Made by a program: the position numbers and the translations under genes | Assembly: GCF_036388155.1 (NCBI RefSeq) | Contig: NZ_DASVSI010000145.1 | Coordinates: 13,047-77,046, forward strand | DNA: 64,000 nt | Origin: Hymenobacter sp. | Lineage (GTDB): Bacteria; Bacteroidota; Bacteroidia; Cytophagales; Hymenobacteraceae | Direction of reading: 5' to 3' | Notes under the pieces: model-generated | Told to the model about the DNA's origin: nothing | Database searches by the model: none | The model's input: the letters and a program-made list of their open reading frames with translations, nothing else | Part shown: one piece after another, positions 9,781-18,551 of the stretch | Layout: each line of letters starts with the position of its first letter | Numbering within the stretch: the first letter of the stretch is position 1

Positions 9781-10836
9781 ATGGAAAGTAACGAGCTAAG
9801 CGCTGACGGCCCCGAAATCGAAGATTTTGATGAGGCCGAGGGTGGCGACGAACTCTACGAGCACCACCGCATTGTGGTAGACCGGGGGCAGGAGTTGCTG
9901 CGCATCGATAAGTTCTTGCAAAACCGGCTGCGCAATACCTCGCGCAATAAAATTCAAGAGGCCATTCGGGCCTTGGCCGTGGAAGTAAATGGGGCGCCGG
10001 TAAAGCCCAACTACCGCATCAAGCCCCAGGACACGATTACCATTACGTTGCCTGAGCCCCCGCGTGATAACCGCGTGGTCCCCGAGGAGATGCCCTTGGA
10101 CATTCGGTATGAAGACGCAGAGCTTCTCATTGTCAATAAGCCGGCTGGGCTGGTGGTGCACCCTGCTTATGGCCACTGGCAGGGCACGCTGGTAAACGGC
10201 CTTGCTTTCCATTTGGCAAACCTGCCTACGGGGCGTAACGGCGAGATTCGTCCAGGTTTGGTGCACCGCATCGATAAAGATACTTCAGGCTTGTTGGTGA
10301 TTGGCAAAACCGAGTTCGCGATGACGCATCTGTCGCTGCAGTTTTTCCATCATACCATCAAGCGGAGCTACTTGGCGCTGGTGTGGGGCACCCCGCCCGG
10401 GCCAACGGGCACCATTAGCGGCCACATAGGCCGCAGCCTGCGCGACCGCAAGGTGCAAGCAGTGTACCCAGGTGGCGAGCAGGGGAAGCCCGCTGTGACG
10501 CATTATGAGGTGCTGGAAAGCTTTGGGCCCGTCACGTTGGTGCGCTGCGTGCTCGAAACCGGGCGCACGCACCAAATCAGGGCGCACATGCAGCACATTG
10601 GCCACCCGCTGTTCTCGGATGCCACTTACGGGGGCGACCGTATTCGGGTAGGGCAGAACACTGGGGCGTACCGGGCGTTTGTCGAGAATGCGTTTCAACT
10701 AATGCCGCGGCAAGCACTGCACGCGCGTTCCCTGGGATTTACCCACCCAACCTCTGGCGAGCAGCTGTATTTCGAGGCAGAGTTGCCGCAGGATTTTGAA
10801 CAGGTATTAGAAAAGTGGCGCGCGTGGGCAGCATAA
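9781..10836 (+). CDS. rluD: RluA-family pseudouridine synthase (RluD-like, S4 domain)
   Basis: RIDKFL S4 domain, VHRIDKDTSG catalytic motif, LETGRTHQIR. Start placed at ATG 9781. Confidence 0.9.
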   Translation: MESNELSADGPEIEDFDEAEGGDELYEHHRIVVDRGQELLRIDKFLQNRLRNTSRNKIQEAIRALAVEVNGAPVKPNYRIKPQDTITITLPEPPRDNRVVPEEMPLDIRYEDAELLIVNKPAGLVVHPAYGHWQGTLVNGLAFHLANLPTGRNGEIRPGLVHRIDKDTSGLLVIGKTEFAMTHLSLQFFHHTIKRSYLALVWGTPPGPTGTISGHIGRSLRDRKVQAVYPGGEQGKPAVTHYEVLESFGPVTLVRCVLETGRTHQIRAHMQHIGHPLFSDATYGGDRIRVGQNTGAYRAFVENAFQLMPRQALHARSLGFTHPTSGEQLYFEAELPQDFEQVLEKWRAWAA

Positions 10837-10853
10837 TACCTCGCACATGGACC

Positions 10854-10889
10854 AAAAAAAGCCCCGATGCACTTGCATCGGGGCTTTTT
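10854..10889. terminator. Bidirectional terminator between rluD and the TPR gene
   Basis: A7-GCCCCGATGC-ACTT-GCATCGGGGC-T5 between convergent genes. Confidence 0.85.
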
Positions 10890-10905
10890 ATTTCAGACAG
10901 TCGCG

Positions 10906-12543
10906 TTATTTCTTTTTAACCGTGGCTTTTGCAGGAGCTTTGCTGGGAGTACGGGGCTTAGCCGTCAGCACGTCGATGTTGTTCTTGGCACCTTCGTTGG
11001 TGGGGTCCAGGGCTAACACTTGCTCGAAGTTGGACTGCGCAGCGGCTTTGTCGCCTTTCTGGTAGTTGTACACGCCCAGGTAGCCATAAGCGGCCACGAG
11101 GCCTTCTTTGAACTTGGCCGGGTCAGCGCCTTCGGCCTTCGACAGCTCGATGTACTTTTCGTAGTGCGTCTTGGCCAAGCCTTGCTTGCCATCGGCGTCA
11201 CGGGCGGCGTTCACGCGGGCACGAGCCAATACGGCCGGAGCGTAGGTAGGACGAGCGGTTTGGATGATGCCGAATACGCTGTCAGCCTGCGTGTACTGTT
11301 TGGCACTGCTAAAAGCAGAAGCCAAACGGAACTGGTCGGTAAGGTCACCGCCATTCTTCAGCTTTTCCTTGAAAATCCGAATGGCGCCCGTGTAGTCCTT
11401 CTTGGCCAGGTAAGCCGTGGCCAAGTCGTTCTGCAATTCGCTTTTCTTGGCTGGGTCGGTAGTGGCCGTGATGGCTTTGTTCAGGATGGCAATGCCTTCG
11501 TCGGCACGGCCAGCGCGTGCAAGAATACGGCCCTGGTAAGAGTAATCTTCCGGAATGATTTTCTCCGGAGGAGTAGTCTTCATGTAATTATCCATCGCCG
11601 TAGCCGCGGCAGCAAAATCGCCGGTTTCATACAGCAAGTAGGGCTTCAGACGGTTCATGGTGAGGTTTTTGGGGTCTTTCTCAAGAACCTTATTTACCTC
11701 GGCCAACGCTTCAGGATACTTTTTGGTCAAGTACAAGAACGACGCGTTCTGGGCATCCGTGGCAGGAGTACGTTCCGCCAATTCCAGGTATTTCTGGAAA
11801 GAGCTAGCTGCCAAATCGTACTGACCGGCGTAGTAGTACATGTCAGCCAGTTCGCGGTGAGCCGGTGCATAGCTAGGGTCCAGCTCGATGGCCTTGTTGA
11901 GGCTTTCGCGGGCGGCGTTGAAGTTGCGCGAACGCACGCTCAACTGGCCCTTCTTGTAGTGGGCTTGGGCGTAGCTCGGGTTGGCCGCAATGGCTTGGTC
12001 GTAGCTGGACATGGCTTGACCACCTCCTTGGTCAGAAAGCAAGAATACGTCGCCACGGGCCACCATCAAAGTGGGGTCCACTTTGCCTTTGCTAGCGGTT
12101 TGAGCTGCAGTGATGTACGTCTCGGCCTTGCCCATTTGTTTCAAGTCCGACTCCCCATAGGCTTGGGCAATCATCGTCAGCAACTTGGCATCCTTGTTTT
12201 TGGTCGCCTTGGCAGCAGCATCGAATTTAGATTCGGCGGGTCCCAGTTGGCCTTTGGCCAGCAGTGCGCGGCCGGCAGCTACTTGGCCAAACGGCGTCGA
12301 GCCAGCAGCTTTGTCGAAATAGAAGGCAGCCGAGTCCGGCATGTCGCGCATCTGATACAAACGGCCCATTTCGAAGGCTGTTTCGGGCGTGGTGCCCGGG
12401 CGTAGGGCGGCACGGGCTTCGTTGTACCGGCCCAGTTCAATGGCGCGTTGAGCAGTTTGCACGTTTTGGGCGGTGGCCGCCGTAGTGCCAGCTGCCAGTA
12501 GTGCGGCAGTGAGCAGCGGCTGTTTCCAGGGCTTGAAACTCAT
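10906..12543 (-). CDS. Secreted multi-TPR protein
   Basis: Signal peptide (MSFKPWKQPLLTAALLAAG) and many TPR helices (AYYKKG, AIELDP, LALDP). Confidence 0.85.
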   Translation of the reverse strand: MSFKPWKQPLLTAALLAAGTTAATAQNVQTAQRAIELGRYNEARAALRPGTTPETAFEMGRLYQMRDMPDSAAFYFDKAAGSTPFGQVAAGRALLAKGQLGPAESKFDAAAKATKNKDAKLLTMIAQAYGESDLKQMGKAETYITAAQTASKGKVDPTLMVARGDVFLLSDQGGGQAMSSYDQAIAANPSYAQAHYKKGQLSVRSRNFNAARESLNKAIELDPSYAPAHRELADMYYYAGQYDLAASSFQKYLELAERTPATDAQNASFLYLTKKYPEALAEVNKVLEKDPKNLTMNRLKPYLLYETGDFAAAATAMDNYMKTTPPEKIIPEDYSYQGRILARAGRADEGIAILNKAITATTDPAKKSELQNDLATAYLAKKDYTGAIRIFKEKLKNGGDLTDQFRLASAFSSAKQYTQADSVFGIIQTARPTYAPAVLARARVNAARDADGKQGLAKTHYEKYIELSKAEGADPAKFKEGLVAAYGYLGVYNYQKGDKAAAQSNFEQVLALDPTNEGAKNNIDVLTAKPRTPSKAPAKATVKKK

Positions 12544-12598
12544 AGGAAATGAAAAAGATGAAAAGCGAAAATGAAAAATTAATACGCGCACGGGGCGC

Positions 12599-13594
12599 TT
12601 ACAGTTTAGGTGTCGTCACGATGCGAGCTTGCATCTGCGCCGGGAGCAAGCCCGACTTTTGAAAAATCAGCTGACCGTTCTTGCCTGCCACAAAAGATGC
12701 AAACCCCGTGCCCAACCCGGCGCGTGCCTCGCGGCTGATGATGTAAAGGTTGCGGCGGAGTGGGTAGTTCTGCAAATCCGGGTATTCGGCCAACTGTGCC
12801 GGGGTTTTCTCGGCCAAGTATACTTGATACGGTTGAATAAAGTCGTTGGGCTTGGGATTGGGCCGTGCTGTAATGCTTGCCACCCGTACCTTGTTCATGA
12901 ACTTCATGGCAGCGGGGTCGTCGCGGTCCGAAATCCAGTTCACCCCCACAACCCCAATCGCGCTCGGATGCGTTGCAACATAATCCAGCAGCGCCGGGTT
13001 CGACGTGGCCGCAAACACCCGCGGCGTCAGGGTCGTACCGCGCGTTATTGAGTCGCGCACATAACGGGCCGTGCTGCTGCGGTTGGCGTCAAACACCACG
13101 TTGATGTTGGCCAGTCCTTTCTTACCGCTGATTTTGTCCCACGTAGCGGTTTTACCCGTGAAAATATCGGCCAGCTGCGCCACCGTCAGCAAGGAGTCCG
13201 GGTTGTCGCGGTGAAGCACAATGGCCAGCCCGTCGATGCCAATGTGCGTGGTTCGGGGCACGATGCTCTGCTTGACAAAATCTGCCTTTTCCTCGGCATT
13301 GAGCTCCCGTGACACGACGGCCACTTTCACCTTGTCGTTGATAAGGTCCAGCATGACGTTTTCTTCGGGCTGGAACGTCATTTTCACATGGGCGTTGGGA
13401 TACAGCTTCGAAAAAGTATCAATCTGAGCCTGCAGAATAGGCGCAAACGTCTCATCTACACTTAAGGCCACAGTGCCGCTGGTAGGCGTGTCCTGCGCGC
13501 CCGGCGAGCCCGGCCCATTGCATGCCACTACGGTCAGCGCACCAGCCACAACTACCGCGGCACTGGAAACTAACTTGTGGGCTGACTTAATCAT
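12599..13594 (-). CDS. PstS-family (PBP2) substrate-binding lipoprotein
   Basis: Lipobox VVAC; VDETF, IGIDGLAIVLH, VFDANRSST, AIGVVGVNW, YPLRRNLY. No pstCAB in the window. Confidence 0.8.
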   Translation of the reverse strand: MIKSAHKLVSSAAVVVAGALTVVACNGPGSPGAQDTPTSGTVALSVDETFAPILQAQIDTFSKLYPNAHVKMTFQPEENVMLDLINDKVKVAVVSRELNAEEKADFVKQSIVPRTTHIGIDGLAIVLHRDNPDSLLTVAQLADIFTGKTATWDKISGKKGLANINVVFDANRSSTARYVRDSITRGTTLTPRVFAATSNPALLDYVATHPSAIGVVGVNWISDRDDPAAMKFMNKVRVASITARPNPKPNDFIQPYQVYLAEKTPAQLAEYPDLQNYPLRRNLYIISREARAGLGTGFASFVAGKNGQLIFQKSGLLPAQMQARIVTTPKL

Positions 13595-13859
13595 GTTCGT
13601 CAAGGGTATTGGTTTTACTAAAATTAGTTTGATAGCCTCGGTAGAATCGCACTGCTCCGTACAGGACAAACACGGTCCCCAGTATTATGCGGCCAGTTGG
13701 GCCTAGCTGCAGCAAGCCACCACCTGCGGGTTGGGTGGCCGAGTACCACAGCCAAAAGCCCAGCCCCATGTACACCATGGCCATCACCAGGACAAAGTAA
13801 CGCACTAGTCGCTGAGGCGACTTACCAAGCCGTTCCTCAGTAGTTGGACGATTAAGCAT
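13587..13859 (-). CDS. Small two-TM membrane protein
   Basis: Two hydrophobic segments (FVLVMAMVYMGLGFWLW; IILGTVFVLYGAVRFYRG); 8-nt overlap with the downstream start. Confidence 0.65.
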   Translation of the reverse strand: MLNRPTTEERLGKSPQRLVRYFVLVMAMVYMGLGFWLWYSATQPAGGGLLQLGPTGRIILGTVFVLYGAVRFYRGYQTNFSKTNTLDEHD

Positions 13860-14248
13860 AAATATCAATGATGAGATAAAAAAGCCATTACACCTTCGCA
13901 AAGGCTGTTTTAAACCCTCATCACCTGTGTAAAGGTTCGCTGGCTTCGGTGGTGAAGCCGCAAGCAGGCTGCAAAAAAGCCAAGAATTAACGGGTTTTCA
14001 TAACTGCGAATTGCTTCTATGTACTACTAGCGCGCTTTTATAGTTATAAAAAGAACGATTTATTTAAATGTATGCTGCCTCGCTTGTGGGGGCCTGTATT
14101 AAGTTGAACTGCACATAGGCTTGCATTTCACACGCCTGGCGGTGCCTTGAGTTGTTTTTACGTACAGCAATGGCCACCCCAAACGCGCCAGCCTAACTCG
14201 TTAGTATGAGTGGATGGAAAATGGGCATTCTTCCTGCGGCTAGCGCAA

Positions 14249-14289
14249 CAAAAAACCCGAACCAAGCGGTGAAGCTTAATTCGGGTTTT
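14249..14289 (-). terminator. Intrinsic terminator after tonB
   Basis: AAAACCCGAA/TTCGGGTTTT stem with an inner AAGC/GCTT stem; U-tract on the minus strand. Confidence 0.7.
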
Positions 14290-14317
14290 AAGTAGAGGCG
14301 GCCGGAGCTACGCTCAG

Positions 14318-15145
14318 TTATTGAATTTTGAAGGTAATCGGTACAGTAAACGACACGCTAACTGCCCGGCCATTCTGCTTGCCCGGAACAAATTTGGGCA
14401 GGGTCTTTACCGCCCGAATCGTTTCCTCGTCCAAGCCCGAACCAAGGCCCTTTACCACTTTTACATCCGAAACGTCACCTTGGGCATTCACCGTGAAACT
14501 CACGAAAATACGCCCTTCGACTTGGTTACGGAGCGCCAGGGGAGGGTACTTGGTGGCTTTCTGGATGGCTGCTACGATGGCTGCGTTGCCGCCACCACCG
14601 GGTAGCTCAGGCATTTGCTCAACGTAGGTGTAGACTTTGTTCTCTACAACTTCCTCAACCACTTTGTCGCCTTCGCCCGAAAGCTCTGACAAATCTACTG
14701 CGTCCGTGTTGCCTTTTACGGTTACGGTCGCAACGGTTTTGTCTTTCAGCTCTTCCTGGTCGGGCACTTCCTCCTTTTTCACTTCCTCATCCTTCTTCAC
14801 CACTGGAGGCGTGAACTTGATGGTCGTGAGTTTGGGGGGAGGGGGTGGTGGCGCCTCGGGCGGCGGCGGAGGGGGTGGCGGCTTGGTGTCGTCAAGAGGC
14901 GGGGCCTCCATCAGCACGTTTTCCTGGAGATTCTTTTTGGGCTCCTTCGGCAACCTGTCTTTCAGGTATTGCGAAATGAGCGGGAAAGCAATCAAGAGCA
15001 GGAAAACCGCCGTGGCAATAATCAGTGCCCGCGTAACGTGCCGCTGGTACAAGCGACGCAGTACGTAGGCCCCGTATGCCTTGTTGCGGCCTTCAAAAAC
15101 GATGTCGTTTAAGCTGGCCTTGGCGATTTGCGCGTTATCCATCAT
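14318..15145 (-). CDS. tonB: Energy transducer TonB
   Basis: N-terminal YGAY.LR, TM helix, polyproline tract, TonB_C domain (YPPLALRNQVEGRIFVSF; PGKQNGRAV). Confidence 0.95.
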   Translation of the reverse strand: MMDNAQIAKASLNDIVFEGRNKAYGAYVLRRLYQRHVTRALIIATAVFLLLIAFPLISQYLKDRLPKEPKKNLQENVLMEAPPLDDTKPPPPPPPPEAPPPPPPKLTTIKFTPPVVKKDEEVKKEEVPDQEELKDKTVATVTVKGNTDAVDLSELSGEGDKVVEEVVENKVYTYVEQMPELPGGGGNAAIVAAIQKATKYPPLALRNQVEGRIFVSFTVNAQGDVSDVKVVKGLGSGLDEETIRAVKTLPKFVPGKQNGRAVSVSFTVPITFKIQ

Positions 15146-15678
15146 AGGGCTGATTCTTTAATGAGGTCCAAGTCGTCTTTGGGTACCTTCACCAGCGCGT
15201 ATTTTTTCTGGTTCGTGATGTTCATCTCGTCCAGAATGTCCACCATGTTTTTGTACTTGGCGTCCTCGGTTGGTTTGATGAGGATAATGGGCTCAGGGCG
15301 TTGGCGCTGACGCTCCAGCAGGACCTGACGGATGCCATTGGCCGAATAGTTGGTCACTTTCAGCTCGGGCTTCGGTACGGTCTTGTCGTTGGGCGTGTTC
15401 AGACCGAAGTAGTAGTACGCCTTGTTGTCTTTGCCGAGAAGGATGGTCATGGCTTGCGAGGCCTTGATTTTGGTATCCTCCACGTCGTCGGTCTTCTTCA
15501 CCGGCATCGTGAGCTGCATCACGTTGGGCTTGGCGAAGGTGGTGGTCAGCATGAAGAAGGTGAGCAGTAGAAAGGCCAAATCTACCATCGGGGTCATGTC
15601 GATTTTGGTCGACATTTTCTTGGCCCGTTTTTTCCCACCTTTCCCACCGGAATCGGCTTTTCCTTGAATTTCTGCCAT
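15142..15678 (-). CDS. exbD: ExbD/TolR family protein
   Basis: IDMTPMVDLAFLLLTFF; YKNMVDILDEM. Confidence 0.93.
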   Translation of the reverse strand: MAEIQGKADSGGKGGKKRAKKMSTKIDMTPMVDLAFLLLTFFMLTTTFAKPNVMQLTMPVKKTDDVEDTKIKASQAMTILLGKDNKAYYYFGLNTPNDKTVPKPELKVTNYSANGIRQVLLERQRQRPEPIILIKPTEDAKYKNMVDILDEMNITNQKKYALVKVPKDDLDLIKESAL

Positions 15679-15735
15679 GGGATTTACTGAAGTGAATGAA
15701 CGGAAGAATGTGTGGCTTGTGCGGCCTGCTCAGAA

Positions 15736-16371
15736 CTACTGAGCAGATGCAACAGGCTTGTTCTCCAAGTCCGTGATAAGGTTGAAACGGTTGATGTCGC
15801 GTTCCTGCAGAAGCTTGATTACCTTCTGCACCGTCGGTACGTCGGCGTTGCCGTCGCCTTTGATGGCGATGTAAGTAGGCTTCTTAAAAATGGCCTGGTT
15901 AGCACGGCGAGCTTCCAGTACCCAGTCGATGAGCTGGTTGTTGAGCGAGTCGATGGGGACTCCGGGCTGCTGTGCATTCAGCGCCTTGCGCTCCTCCTTT
16001 TCAACGTTGAGGTAAGAACCCAGTTGGTTGATGGGGAGACCGAAGTTGGGTAGGTTACCGAACTCCTTGGCCTGCTCCGCAGTGAAGTTGACACCGTATT
16101 TGGCGCCGACGCGCTGCAGGGCCTGGATTTTGGTTTTGGGGTCATCAACGCCAAAAAACACTCTGTCTTTTTTTTTGTCGATGGTCAGCGTAATAACGTT
16201 GCTCTCGGGCAGTTTGAGTTCCGAGATAGACGATGGCGTATCTACTACCACGGTCTCTTCGGGGGCAAACTTGGTGGTGAGCATGAAGAACGTCACCAGC
16301 AAGAAGGCCAGGTCCACCATCGGCGTCATGTCGAGCGACGGCGAGGTACGGTGCGGTTTTACTTTAGGCAT
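15736..16371 (-). CDS. exbD: ExbD/TolR family protein (second)
   Basis: LDMTPMVDLAFLLVTFF; IKGDGNA. Confidence 0.93.
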   Translation of the reverse strand: MPKVKPHRTSPSLDMTPMVDLAFLLVTFFMLTTKFAPEETVVVDTPSSISELKLPESNVITLTIDKKKDRVFFGVDDPKTKIQALQRVGAKYGVNFTAEQAKEFGNLPNFGLPINQLGSYLNVEKEERKALNAQQPGVPIDSLNNQLIDWVLEARRANQAIFKKPTYIAIKGDGNADVPTVQKVIKLLQERDINRFNLITDLENKPVASAQ

Positions 16372-16456
16372 TGCGAGGTGGGATTAAAAGGGGGCAATTC
16401 GTTTGGTTTCTCTAAACGAACTGCCCCGCATTTTAGTGCATCAGTAATAGACGGAA

Positions 16457-17350
16457 TTAAACCGCCCGAACCGGCTGACCCGTGTTCGCATTGCTACCAT
16501 GCTGACCAGCGAAGGTCTGGATGATGCTGAAGCCAGCTTCGTCGATGCTGTAGGTCAGCTCGTCAATTTTGCTGGTGAAGTAGTTGTAGGCCACAATGGC
16601 GAGGGCCGACGTACCGATACCCAGAGCCGTGTTGATGAGTGCTTCCGAGATACCGTTTGCCAGAGCTACGGCGTCGGGGCTACCGGCCTGCGCCAGAGCG
16701 GCGAAGGCGTTAATCATGCCGAACACCGTGCCGAGCAGACCGGTCAGCGTGGCGATAGAAGCCAAGGTCGAGATGATAACGAGGTTTTTCTCCAGCATGG
16801 GCAATTCGAGCGCCGTGCTTTCTTCGATTTCTTTCTGGATGGCCAGCACGCGCTGGTCGGTGCCCATGCTCGTTTCGCGCGACATCTCGTTGTACTTCAG
16901 CAAGCCGGCTTTTACCACGTTGGCTACCGAACCTTTCTGCTGGTCGCAAGCGGCGAGGGCGCCGTTGATGTCGTTGGCGTTCAGTTTTTGACGCACGGAA
17001 CGCACAAACGACTCGATGCTCTTGCTGCCTTTGGCCTTGCTGATGGTGAGGAAACGCTCAATGGAGAACGTAATCACGCAGAGCAACATGGTCATGAGGA
17101 CCGGCACGATAACACCGCCTTTGTACACAATGCCGAGGTAGTCACCGGCCAGGGGGTTGTTCTTGTTGTCGCCTCCTTGGAAGTGGCTGCCGTCACCTAA
17201 GACAAATTTGTAAACGACAACGCTGACGATAAAGGCGAGGATGATAACCAGGACGGAGAACAGCGAGGCTCCACCGCTGCTTTGGGCGTCGGCTTTAGCG
17301 GCCGTAGCGGCGGGCCGGGGGCTCGTATTCATGGCATTTTTCTGTTCCAT
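16457..17350 (-). CDS. exbB: MotA/TolQ/ExbB proton channel protein
   Basis: ATLTGLLGTVFGMI and GISEALINTALGI TM motifs. Start placed at ATG 17350. Confidence 0.93.
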   Translation of the reverse strand: MEQKNAMNTSPRPAATAAKADAQSSGGASLFSVLVIILAFIVSVVVYKFVLGDGSHFQGGDNKNNPLAGDYLGIVYKGGVIVPVLMTMLLCVITFSIERFLTISKAKGSKSIESFVRSVRQKLNANDINGALAACDQQKGSVANVVKAGLLKYNEMSRETSMGTDQRVLAIQKEIEESTALELPMLEKNLVIISTLASIATLTGLLGTVFGMINAFAALAQAGSPDAVALANGISEALINTALGIGTSALAIVAYNYFTSKIDELTYSIDEAGFSIIQTFAGQHGSNANTGQPVRAV

Positions 17351-17530
17351 TGTTCCGGAGTGTTTGGGGTTGTTGTGTGAAGTAGTTGAATTGAGTGGGT
17401 AAATAAAAAGCAAAAAGTTGGTTAGGAGCGCAGGGCGCAGCAAAAGAACAATCGATAATCCCAGAGTGAAAAGGATTAGAAAGTGGCATTTACCGCATAC
17501 CAAACTACACAACCGCCTTCCTTAGCTGGG

Positions 17531-17562
17531 CAAACCTAACCAAAAAGCACGGCCTGACCAAA
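17531..17562 (-). promoter_or_regulatory. Canonical Bacteroidota -33/-7 promoter for the exbB operon
   Basis: On the minus strand, TTTG (17562-17559), 20-nt spacer, TAGGTTTG (17538-17531). Confidence 0.7.
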
Positions 17563-17620
17563 GAAAAATTGGCCGGAGCCAACAGAAAGGCAAGGAAAGT
17601 AAGGTATATATATACCAACG

Positions 17621-18478
17621 CTAATTGGCGTTGTCGGGTTGGGCAGGGCGCTGTTTGGCCTGTTCCCAGTACACGTCCATTTGCGCCAATGTCAGGTCGG
17701 ACAGCCGCTGATTGTTGGCAGTAGCCGCCGCCTCTAGATACTGAAAGCGGCTGATAAACTTGCGGTTGGTGCGTTCTAAGGCTTCTTCGGGGTTGATGCC
17801 AGCGAAGCGGGCGAAGTTGACCAGAGAAAATAACAAATCGCCGAACTCAGATGCTGCTTTATCGGCATCCATTTTCTCCGGATTGCCATGGCTATACTCT
17901 TCGCCAAATTCTCCCAACTCTTCGCGCACTTTCTCCCACACCTGCTCGGGCTGCTCCCAATCGAAGCCCGCACCGCGGGCTTTTTCCTGAATGCGCATGG
18001 CCTTTATCAGGGCTGGCAACGACGTGGGCACGCCGCCCAGCACCCCCGTAGTGGTGCCTTTTTCTCGGAGCTTGAGCTGCTCCCAGTTGCGCTTCACCGC
18101 CTCTTCGTCGTCGGCTTGCACATCGCCGTAAATGTGTGGGTGACGGTAAATCAGCTTTTCGCATTGCGCGTTGAGCACGTCGGCAATGTCAAAAGCGCCT
18201 TTTTCGGCGGCGATACGGGCATAAAAAACCAGGTGCAGCATCACATCGCCCAATTCTTTTTTGAGGTCGGGCAGGTCATCGCGCAAAATCGCGTCGCTGA
18301 TTTCGTACGTCTCCTCGATGGTGAGGTGGCGCAATGATTGCAGGGTTTGTTTTTTGTCCCACGGGCATTCGGCCCGAAGGCGGTCCAAAACATCAAGCAA
18401 ACGCCCAAAGGCTTCTAGTTGAGCGGGCCGGCGAGCGCTGGTAAGCAGGACGGTAGAGTCGTTGGGGGTGTTTTCCAT
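17621..18478 (-). CDS. mazG: Nucleoside triphosphate pyrophosphohydrolase MazG
   Basis: CPWDKKQT, IEETYE, KEELGD, KLIYRHPHIY, EFGDLLF; tandem MazG domains. Confidence 0.95.
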   Translation of the reverse strand: MENTPNDSTVLLTSARRPAQLEAFGRLLDVLDRLRAECPWDKKQTLQSLRHLTIEETYEISDAILRDDLPDLKKELGDVMLHLVFYARIAAEKGAFDIADVLNAQCEKLIYRHPHIYGDVQADDEEAVKRNWEQLKLREKGTTTGVLGGVPTSLPALIKAMRIQEKARGAGFDWEQPEQVWEKVREELGEFGEEYSHGNPEKMDADKAASEFGDLLFSLVNFARFAGINPEEALERTNRKFISRFQYLEAAATANNQRLSDLTLAQMDVYWEQAKQRPAQPDNAN

Positions 18479-18523
18479 CGTATCAAAGATAAAACTTGCC
18501 GCCGCCAAGCGGTTGATAGTACC

Positions 18524-18531
18524 TAATTTTG
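18524..18531 (+). promoter_or_regulatory. -7 box (TAATTTTG) for glmM
   Basis: TAnnTTTG 20 nt before the GTG at 18552. Confidence 0.55.
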
Positions 18532-18551
18532 GCCTTTCAAATTTCTACTCC

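Noticed and set aside
11020-12405. Long antisense ORFs (e.g. 11020-12405, 28221-29264, 40183-41196, 42231-43637, 61873-62943)
   Set aside because: They mirror well-supported genes on the opposite strand, as expected from GC3 bias, and have no recognisable motifs.
13860-14317. Riboswitch or small ORF in the long tonB-downstream spacer
   Set aside because: No cobalamin, TPP, FMN or SAM consensus elements recognised; ORFs are under 20 aa with no coding signature.
14820-14890. G-rich tract with G-quadruplex potential
   Set aside because: Fully explained by the TonB polyproline codons.
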